This document shows positions 57,006 through 64,000 of a stretch of DNA of 64,000 nucleotides, piece by piece. The stretch is from positions 128,001 to 192,000 of the forward strand of contig CBFGKH010000002.1 of the NCBI GenBank assembly GCA_965649295.1, read 5' to 3'. Under the pieces are notes generated by a model that had not been told where the DNA came from, ran no database searches, and saw only the letters and a list, made by a program, of their open reading frames with translations. The DNA comes from a candidate division WOR-3 bacterium (GTDB taxonomy: Bacteria > Hydrothermota > Tepidihabitantia > Tepidihabitantales > Tepidihabitantaceae). Positions within the stretch are counted from its first letter, which is position 1. Each line of letters begins with the position of its first letter. The translations under genes were made by a program, and so were the position numbers.

Positions 57006-58408
57006 AACCGTCAGGAGTTTGGGGACTGCTGGCGCTGGTGATTGTCGCGGCTGGGCAGCCGGTTAGCTGGGATAGTATCGTGCCGCTGACGACCAATCCG
57101 GCGATGCAGACACTGGGCAGCGGTGGACAGCGGAGCATTGCGGTTGATGGAAGTGGTAACCTGCACGTTGTCTGGCTGGATAACCGTTCGGTTCCATACC
57201 AGGTCTGGTATCGTCGTTACGATAACTCGACAGGGACTTGGCTGGCCGAGACAGTGCTGTCGGCGCGGACGGCCAACTGTTTTGCACCGGCAGTGGCGTG
57301 CGATGGTGAGAACGGGGTTCACGTTGTCTGGCATGTTGAGGCTGGAAATCAGCCGGGTATCTGGTACAAGCGCTACAGCGCAGCGGCGCGCCGCTGGCAG
57401 GCCGACACCTTGCTGGTACCGGCATCATCACCAGGCATCCTCCTGGCGCCGGCAATCTGCTGCCGGCCGGGTACGCGGGTCGTTCATCTTGCCTGGCACG
57501 GTAACGTTGACACGTTGCTCTACATGCCGGTGTTCCATCGTGAGCTGCTGCCGGATTCAGGCTGGCGGCCAGTAGAAATCGTAAGCGAGTATCCTTGCGG
57601 GCACAGCAACGCGGCAATTGCCTGCGACAGCGCCGGTGACCTCTGCTTGGCGTGGGCTGGTTATGACTTCGGTGCTACCAGCCAGCAGCTATTCTGCCGT
57701 CGCCGCGTCGCCGGTGTCTGGCAGGCAACCGAGCTCGTATCCGGCAATACTGGCATGGGTGCGCAGTATCTGCCCGCGGTTGCGGCTGGCCAGAACGGCT
57801 GGTTTGGTGTTGCCTGGTATGGGGTGCTGAACTCGTGGCAGCGGGTTTTCTACCGGCAGTGGACCGGTAGTCGCTGGCTGGAGATTGAGGAGGTGAGCGG
57901 TGGGGTGCAGCGGCAGCAGCGGCACGTGTCGGTTGCGTGTCGGGGACAGGGTGAGGCTTGGGCAGTCTGGGCCGGGCAGGACTCGGCAGTGCCGCCAAAC
58001 TACCAGTTGCGGTTTGGTCGGCGCAATCCGGCTGGCGGCTGGTTTGTGCCCGAAAGCCTGACCAGTTTTCCGACTGGTGATGTTGGAGCGCCCTGCATTG
58101 CCTATGCTGCGGGCTCGAACCTGCACGTGGTCTGGTGGGATGACCACACTGGGGACAAGGACATCTATTATCGCTGCGGGACTTTGCCGCTCGCTGTTGC
58201 CGAAGAACCGCCGGCCCAGCCCAAGCCAGTAGCCGGTACTCAGGCAATCATCTTTGATGCGACTGGACGGGTAGTGGGGGTCAGAACAGTTCAGGCCGAA
58301 ACTGTCGGCAGTCGGCAGTTCAGTCTGGCCGGGCTTGGTTCGGGTGTTTACTTTGTCCGCTGGGCAGCCGATGCGGGGAGCACGATTCGGGTGGTGCTCT
58401 GTCGCTGA
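57002..58408 (+). CDS. Secreted beta-propeller-like repeat protein with T9SS-like tail
   Basis: Repeated PxxAxD...HVVW units; IFDATGR...SGVYFV. Confidence 0.75.
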   Translation: MKPSGVWGLLALVIVAAGQPVSWDSIVPLTTNPAMQTLGSGGQRSIAVDGSGNLHVVWLDNRSVPYQVWYRRYDNSTGTWLAETVLSARTANCFAPAVACDGENGVHVVWHVEAGNQPGIWYKRYSAAARRWQADTLLVPASSPGILLAPAICCRPGTRVVHLAWHGNVDTLLYMPVFHRELLPDSGWRPVEIVSEYPCGHSNAAIACDSAGDLCLAWAGYDFGATSQQLFCRRRVAGVWQATELVSGNTGMGAQYLPAVAAGQNGWFGVAWYGVLNSWQRVFYRQWTGSRWLEIEEVSGGVQRQQRHVSVACRGQGEAWAVWAGQDSAVPPNYQLRFGRRNPAGGWFVPESLTSFPTGDVGAPCIAYAAGSNLHVVWWDDHTGDKDIYYRCGTLPLAVAEEPPAQPKPVAGTQAIIFDATGRVVGVRTVQAETVGSRQFSLAGLGSGVYFVRWAADAGSTIRVVLCR

Positions 58409-58480
58409 GCCGGTGGTGGTCTTGACCGAAACGCGGCCGGCGCGATAATCTGGTTACAAACCTAACCCAAAGGAGTGAGG

Positions 58481-58729
58481 ATGAACTGCTCGACAATCAT
58501 GGCTGTGCGAATTGACAAACGGCTGAAAGAAGCAGTGAAGGTCCAGGAAGTCCTGACCAAGCATGGTTGTATCATCAACCTGCGTATCGGTCTGCACGAG
58601 ACAACGAACGTTTGCGCCGATTCCGGACTAATCCTGCTCAGTCTCTGTGGCACAAAGAAAGAGGTGGCCGCACTCAAGGCTGACCTTGCCCGGATTAAGG
58701 GTATCAAGGTCAAGACGATGAGTGTTTAG
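58481..58729 (+). CDS. TM1266-like ACT-fold regulator (iron-hydrogenase-system regulator family)
   Basis: VQEVLTKHGCIINLRIGLHE...GLILL; SD AGGAG. Confidence 0.75.
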   Translation: MNCSTIMAVRIDKRLKEAVKVQEVLTKHGCIINLRIGLHETTNVCADSGLILLSLCGTKKEVAALKADLARIKGIKVKTMSV

Positions 58730-58745
58730 TCAGACCGCGGGTAGA

Positions 58746-59312
58746 ATGGACGTCATCACTGCTATTGGTGAGCGGCGGGCCTACCGCTCGCTGGCACCGG
58801 TCGAAATCAGTGATGAGCTGATTCGGGACCTGGCCCGTTGTGCCCAGCTTGCACCGACCTGCTTCAACAATCAGCCGGCCCGGTTTGTGTTTGTCCGCTC
58901 GGCAGCGGTGCTGGCGCAGTTGCGGCCGGCTTTCAGCCGGGGCAATGAGTGGTGCCATGCCGCTTCCTTGGTCATTGCCGTCTGTGCTCAGCGTGAGGCA
59001 GATTGCATCATCAAGGACCGTGAGTATTACGGGTTTGACTGCGGACTGCAGACTGCCTTGCTCGTGCTGCGGGCGACTGAACTCGGGCTGGTGGCGCATC
59101 CGATTGCCGGGTTCAGTCCAGAGAAGGTGCGCGCGGTGCTGGGCATTCCGGCAACGTTTGCGGTGCTGACGCTGGTGATTGTGGGACGGCGGGCGGATAC
59201 CATCAGTCCCGTGCTCTCCGAGCAGCAGGTTGCGGCCGAGCGAGAGCGGCCAGCCCGGTTGCCATTGGCCGAGGTGATGTTCATTGACCACTGGCCGGCG
59301 GAGGAGAGATGA
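58746..59312 (+). CDS. Nitroreductase family protein
   Basis: ERRAYR, APTCFNNQP, DCG, ATELGL. Confidence 0.88.
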   Translation: MDVITAIGERRAYRSLAPVEISDELIRDLARCAQLAPTCFNNQPARFVFVRSAAVLAQLRPAFSRGNEWCHAASLVIAVCAQREADCIIKDREYYGFDCGLQTALLVLRATELGLVAHPIAGFSPEKVRAVLGIPATFAVLTLVIVGRRADTISPVLSEQQVAAERERPARLPLAEVMFIDHWPAEER

Positions 59313-59566
59313 CATTTCTGCGCAAGCTCCATCTCTACCTTGGGTTCACCCTAGTGCCGTTTCTGGTGGTAACTGCCGTGACTGGAGCGCATATCCTTTT
59401 GACCGGCAGCTATCGGACCCTGAAGTGGCATAGCTGGTTTCGCTGGGGCGGGCTGGCGCTGGCCCTGGGGCTGCTCCTGCTGGCGGTGACGGGTTCAATT
59501 CTCTATCTGAACATGCGCATCAACCAGTGGCGACGTCGGGCCCAGCAGTCAGGGGCCAAGGGCTGA
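59309..59566 (+). CDS. Small PepSY-associated TM-like protein
   Basis: LRKLHLYLG...AVTG repeated helices. Confidence 0.65.
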   Translation: MTFLRKLHLYLGFTLVPFLVVTAVTGAHILLTGSYRTLKWHSWFRWGGLALALGLLLLAVTGSILYLNMRINQWRRRAQQSGAKG

Positions 59567-59569
59567 TCT

Positions 59570-60079
59570 TTGCAGGAACGCGGTCGGGTTGTCGAGGCGG
59601 GCAACGGCCGAGCTGTGGTTGAGGTCGCGGCCAGTGGCGGTTGTGGTCACTGTTCAGCCCGTTCGCTCTGTAACTGGACAGGTAGTAGCACCCGCCAGTT
59701 GCTGGCGCGGGACGAAGTTGGTGTCCGGCCTGGCGAGCAGGTATTGCTGGAACACCCGGTCCGGGTCGGGTCGAACTTGCTGGTGTTCGGTGTACCAGCA
59801 CTGGGACTGCTGACCGGTATCCTTCTCGGCGGGCTATTTCTTTCTGACCAGTGGGCAGCGGCGCTGGGCGGTATCGGCCTGCTGGTCGGAGTTGGGGTAG
59901 TAAAGTTTCTTGACCGGGCGGCAAATCGGTCAGGTCGGATTCTGCCGGTTGTCGTTCAGAGAGTCGAATCAGACGGAGGCGAGAACTGTGAGAGTAGTGA
60001 TGACAGTGCTGGCAGTGCTGCTAGTGGCCGGTTGTCGGCAGGCGCCACGGATGCAGCTGACCAATCTGGAGCACAGTGA
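59570..60079 (+). CDS. RseC/MucC family protein
   Basis: ERGRVV, CGHCSARSLC, two TMs. Confidence 0.8.
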   Translation: MQERGRVVEAGNGRAVVEVAASGGCGHCSARSLCNWTGSSTRQLLARDEVGVRPGEQVLLEHPVRVGSNLLVFGVPALGLLTGILLGGLFLSDQWAAALGGIGLLVGVGVVKFLDRAANRSGRILPVVVQRVESDGGENCESSDDSAGSAASGRLSAGATDAADQSGAQ

Positions 60080-60905
60080 GATGTCTTTCTGGCGAGATGC
60101 GAAGTTTGAGCCGGACACGAGTGACCCGACCGGCAAGCGCGGTCGCTGGTCAGGCTGGTTTCGGCAGGAGAATGTTGATGCGAGCCGACTGGCGGCGGGT
60201 GTGATTCGGGCCCGGGTCGAGGGAAGCTGGCGTGAGTTTCGGGTGGTTGAGCTGCCGCCGGAGTTTCGGGAGTGGAACTTCGGTCGCAGGCTGGAACAAC
60301 TGGCGGTAATCAAGCAGCTAGCGTCTGACCCTAAGGCGATGGTTAGACCGGAAGTGGCCGGTCCGCATAATGCGATTGTGGCCAGCCATGGTCTGCGGCG
60401 CAAGGATTCGGAGTTCACTATCAACAACGCGGTCAAAGGGACTGGCTGGCTCCCGAGGCCCGAACACCTCCCGGCAATGATTGCCCGGCTGCGTGAGACC
60501 CAGGATGCGCCGATGCCGGCTAAGCTTGCCCTGCTCGAAAGTCTGTACAGCCAGGAAACCGACCGGCTCGACTTTACGAAACAGGCATCACTCGAGCTCT
60601 ACTCAACACCGGGATTTGAGACGCACACCTTTCTCAACCAGATGGCTGACCCCGGCGTGGCGGTTGTCTTTCTGGACTTGCCCAAGTCCTATGAGCTGCG
60701 TTGCATCGCCCAGATGCTCCATCCGGCTGACCCCGGGCTGACTGAGTATGAGCGACAGGTGGTTGAGTACGTCAATCTCATTCACGACTATTTCCACGGC
60801 AAGTCGCCTCGTCAGTCAATCGCTGTCATCTACCACGTCGTCCAGGTGTTTGACAACTCGCCGGGCAAGATGCGGGGACAGCGGGTGGTACCGCCACTGC
60901 CCTAG
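59988..60905 (+). CDS. Lipoprotein, possibly FMN-binding split-barrel fold
   Basis: Lipobox VAGC; SLELY, HTFLN, SYELR, VFDNSPG; SD GGAGG. Confidence 0.6.
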   Translation: MRVVMTVLAVLLVAGCRQAPRMQLTNLEHSEMSFWRDAKFEPDTSDPTGKRGRWSGWFRQENVDASRLAAGVIRARVEGSWREFRVVELPPEFREWNFGRRLEQLAVIKQLASDPKAMVRPEVAGPHNAIVASHGLRRKDSEFTINNAVKGTGWLPRPEHLPAMIARLRETQDAPMPAKLALLESLYSQETDRLDFTKQASLELYSTPGFETHTFLNQMADPGVAVVFLDLPKSYELRCIAQMLHPADPGLTEYERQVVEYVNLIHDYFHGKSPRQSIAVIYHVVQVFDNSPGKMRGQRVVPPLP

Positions 60906-60943
60906 GCGGGTTGACAGCCGCTGCGGCAGGACTATCTTTGGGC

Positions 60944-61549
60944 GTGGCTGAAGGAACTCAGCTTCAGGTAGCGCCAATCGCGCTACCGGTGCCGGACGAC
61001 GAGCTCGTCCGGCGCGTGCAGGCCGGCAACAGTGAGGCGTTTGAGGAGCTGGTCCGGCGCTACGAGCGGAAGATTTACAACGTCACCTTCCGACTGCTCG
61101 GCAATGAGCAGGATGCGAGCGAGGCGCTGCAGGATACCTTCCTGCGGGCCTATCGGTTTATCCACAAGTTCCAGTTCAAGTCGGCATTCTTCACCTGGCT
61201 GTATCGCATCGCCACCAACGTGAGTCTAAGCAAATTGCGGAAGCGGGAGAAGATCGAGACGGTCTCGATTGACGGGCCGACTGGTGAACCGGGCGAGACC
61301 GCCTTCGACATCCCGGACCCGAAGTATGCACCAGAGCGAATGATGCGCGAGCGGGAGCTGCGCAGTGCTCTCAATGCAGCAGTTGAGGCGCTGCCGGCTG
61401 ACTACCGCTCGGTGGTGGTATTGCGTGACCTGGAAGGTCTGAGCAACGAAGAAGTGAGCAAGGTTCTCAACCTGTCGGTAGCGGCAGTCAAGTCGCGCTT
61501 ACATCGCGGCCGCTTGATTCTGCGGAACAAGCTGGCCAAGTATGTGTGA
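60944..61549 (+). CDS. ECF sigma-70 factor
   Basis: AFEELVRRY, QDTFLRAY, TWLYRIATN, VKSRLHRGR. Confidence 0.93.
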   Translation: MAEGTQLQVAPIALPVPDDELVRRVQAGNSEAFEELVRRYERKIYNVTFRLLGNEQDASEALQDTFLRAYRFIHKFQFKSAFFTWLYRIATNVSLSKLRKREKIETVSIDGPTGEPGETAFDIPDPKYAPERMMRERELRSALNAAVEALPADYRSVVVLRDLEGLSNEEVSKVLNLSVAAVKSRLHRGRLILRNKLAKYV

Positions 61550-61558
61550 GGAGTGGTC

Positions 61559-61846
61559 ATGCACGGTGACGACATTCGGAACGATGCCTGTAGTGAGTGC
61601 GAGGAGTTGCTGGAGCTGCTGAACGGTTTTCTTGATGGCGAGCTTGATGATGAGCTGCGGCACGAACTGATGCTGCACGCGCAGAGTTGCCATCACTGCG
61701 CCCGACTGCTCTACAGTCTGCGCCGGCTGGTTGCTCACTGCCGGACCGAGCCTAGCTGTGATATGCCGGCCACGGTCAGACAGCAACTCTGGCTGGCGAT
61801 TCGGCGTGAGATTCATCTTGGGCCTGGTGACCAGGCTGAGGCCTAA
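61559..61846 (+). CDS. zf-HC2 anti-sigma factor
   Basis: FLDGEL...HAQSCHHC. Confidence 0.88.
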   Translation: MHGDDIRNDACSECEELLELLNGFLDGELDDELRHELMLHAQSCHHCARLLYSLRRLVAHCRTEPSCDMPATVRQQLWLAIRREIHLGPGDQAEA

Positions 61847-61867
61847 GCGCCGACAAGACGAGTGATG

Positions 61868-61891
61868 GCGGCCCGGCAGGTGCCGGGCCGC
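61868..61891 (+). terminator. Hairpin after the anti-sigma gene
   Basis: GCGGCCCGGCA-GG-TGCCGGGCCGC. Confidence 0.5.
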
Positions 61892-61936
61892 ACCCTTCTG
61901 AGTTGACCGGCGGAAGTGACCAGTTATTCTCAGGCG

Positions 61937-63016
61937 ATGCGCGTCCTTGTGGCGATGAGCGGCGGTGTTGATTCGGCGGTGGCAGCAGCACTGCTGCTCG
62001 AACAGGGCTGGACAGTGGTTGGGGTAACGATGCTGCTGTTCGACGATGACCGGGACCGTGGCGGCGGCCGGAGTTGTTGTGGCAGCGCGGCTGCGCGCGA
62101 CGCAGCCCGGGTGGCGGCAAGGCTGGGATTTCCCCACTATGTTTGGGACCTGCGCGCGGAGTTTGAGGCGGCAGTGGTGGCCGACTTTGTCAACGAATAT
62201 GCGCGCGGCCGAACACCCAATCCGTGTATCCGCTGTAACGAGCGGGTGAAGTTCCGCTTCCTGCTCGAACGGGCAGCGGGGCTCGGGGTCGCGGCGGTGG
62301 CAACCGGACACCACGCGCAGGTGCGTTGCGACCCCAAGACGGGCGAGTGGCAGTTACTGCGAGGAGCAGACCGGCAGAAAGACCAGTCCTACTTTCTCTA
62401 TTCGCTCACCCAGCAGCAGCTCGGTCGGGTAATCCTGCCGATTGGCACCATGCAGAAGGACGAGGTGCGGGCCCGGGCGCGAAAGCTGGGCCTAGCAGTT
62501 GCCGAAAAGCCGGAAAGCCAAGATATCTGCTTTGTGCCGGACGGTGACTATGCCAGGCTGCTGCGGGCGCGCCAGCCAGAACTGTTCCGGCCTGGGCCGG
62601 TGCTGGATAGTGCTGGCAAGGTGCTTGGCACTCATTGCGGCGCGGCTGGGTTCACAGTTGGGCAGCGCAAGGGGTTGGGGCTGGCGTTTGGCGAGCGGCG
62701 TTATGTTGTGAGGATTGATGCGGCGAAGAATGCTGTTGTCCTGGGCAGTGAGCGTGAAGCGCAGCAACGTGTTGTGCTCGCAAGTGGCGTGAACTGGATT
62801 TCCGGCCGGGTTCCGTCCGAACCGGTGCGGGTCCATGCTAGTGTCCGGTATGGGAGCAAGGGCGGCAGTGCGCTCGTTTGGCCCATCGCTCCGGACCGAG
62901 CCGAAGTCCGGTTCGACGAACCGCAGTGGGCACCGACGCCGGGCCAAGCAGTGGTGTTCTGGGACGGCGAGCAGGTGCTGGGCGGCGGGACGATTGAGCA
63001 GGCGAGCCGGGAGTAG
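61937..63016 (+). CDS. mnmA: tRNA 2-thiouridylase
   Basis: [35 protein letters not shown]. Confidence 0.96.
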   Translation: MRVLVAMSGGVDSAVAAALLLEQGWTVVGVTMLLFDDDRDRGGGRSCCGSAAARDAARVAARLGFPHYVWDLRAEFEAAVVADFVNEYARGRTPNPCIRCNERVKFRFLLERAAGLGVAAVATGHHAQVRCDPKTGEWQLLRGADRQKDQSYFLYSLTQQQLGRVILPIGTMQKDEVRARARKLGLAVAEKPESQDICFVPDGDYARLLRARQPELFRPGPVLDSAGKVLGTHCGAAGFTVGQRKGLGLAFGERRYVVRIDAAKNAVVLGSEREAQQRVVLASGVNWISGRVPSEPVRVHASVRYGSKGGSALVWPIAPDRAEVRFDEPQWAPTPGQAVVFWDGEQVLGGGTIEQASRE

Positions 63017-63128
63017 GCCGCGCCCGCGAACCCTGAAGCAAGAGTGGAGAAGGCAGGGGGACAGGGAATGAGGAAGGAACGAGGCCGGTATATGGCAGCA
63101 GGCTAGATTGCATTCCAGCTAAGGAGGA

Positions 63129-64000
63129 ATGGTGATTTCTTTACTACTGGCACTGACCGCGATGACCGTTAGTTCGCGGGTTGATTCGGTGGTGGTCTAT
63201 CCTTATCAGGTGCAGGTTACTAGGACCGCAAGCGTCACGGTGAGCGGCCCGGGTGAGATTGTCCTGCCGGGCCTGCCCGGAGCACTGGTTGACAACACCG
63301 TGCGCATCAAGGCCACCGGCTTGCGCATCGGTGAGGTGCAGGTGAAGCAGGGCTATCTCGCTGAGCCGACGCCGGAAGTGAAGCGGCTCGAACTGCGGGT
63401 GCGGCAGCTTGAGGACGAGCTCAAGGGGCTGGACAATGAGGCGGCAGTGCTGCGGGCGCGGGAGGATTTCCTCAATTCGGTCAAGCTTGGCGCACCAGAG
63501 CTGATAGCCAAGGACCTGGGCCAGGGCCGGATTGCGGTCGAGTCATGGCGAGCTGCCCTCAACTTTGTCGGCGATGAGCTGGGCCGGGTCAAGGCGCGAG
63601 GCATCACCCTCGGCCGTGAGCGCGAGGAGAAACAGCGGCTGCTCGAAGCAGCTCGGCAGGAGTATGCGGCAGCACGGGCAGCGGTCGAGAGCCGCAAGCA
63701 GGTTGTGTTTGACTATGACGGTGCAGCGGGAACGTATCGAATTGAAGTCGCCTATGCGGTGGCGGGGGCGGCAAGCTGGTCACCATACTACGAGCTGCGG
63801 GCCAGACCGGGTGACGGCAAGGTTGAGGTGAGCTACTTTGCCCGGCTGGAGCAGCGGTCAGGCGAGGACTGGGAAGGGGTGAAGGTCGTGCTTTCGACGA
63901 CAACACCGGTGGCAGGAATGGTCGCGCCGGAACCAGTGCCGTGGTTTGTCTCGCTGGCGAGTGATGAGGCTTATGATCGGCGGCTCAAGCGGCCGTTGCC
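63129..64000 (+). CDS. MuiA/DUF4139-DUF4140 family protein, 3'-truncated (not in the ORF track)
   Basis: SD AAGGAGG; SRVDSVVVYP...VTR, LPGLP, ASWSPYYELR, QRSGEDW..V.VVLST. Confidence 0.85.
   Translation, partial: MVISLLLALTAMTVSSRVDSVVVYPYQVQVTRTASVTVSGPGEIVLPGLPGALVDNTVRIKATGLRIGEVQVKQGYLAEPTPEVKRLELRVRQLEDELKGLDNEAAVLRAREDFLNSVKLGAPELIAKDLGQGRIAVESWRAALNFVGDELGRVKARGITLGREREEKQRLLEAARQEYAAARAAVESRKQVVFDYDGAAGTYRIEVAYAVAGAASWSPYYELRARPGDGKVEVSYFARLEQRSGEDWEGVKVVLSTTTPVAGMVAPEPVPWFVSLASDEAYDRRLKRPL

Overview
GC-rich bacterial chromosome segment, probably from an anaerobic FCB-related lineage. Candidate division WOR-3 is my best guess, inferred from several T9SS/FlgD-tailed secreted proteins and overall gene content; it is not verified. 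The backbone carries fusA (partial), nth, tRNA-Gly(CCC), three histidine kinases, apbE, valS, pilT, a CCA-type nucleotidyltransferase, hisC, a TonB receptor, cstA, a complete hdrCBA-flxDCBA-type operon, recA-recX, an ECF sigma/anti-sigma pair and mnmA. Two small accessory islands (about 17.8-20.6 kb and 35.9-39.9 kb) share an architecture. Each has a secreted-protein gene, then a cryptic array of 20-22 degenerate 12-bp units ending in a conserved 54-bp head, then GTCATTCCGAG-type palindromes, then intact defence/modification genes (tcmP+DUF5131; AccI-like R-M) in or beside the remains of an older R-M gene (type ISP-like; type III mod/res). Many genes look leaderless, with mostly 16-bp promoter spacers. 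No CRISPR array, rRNA, transposase, integrase or reverse transcriptase was seen. All family calls come from motif recognition, not database searches.
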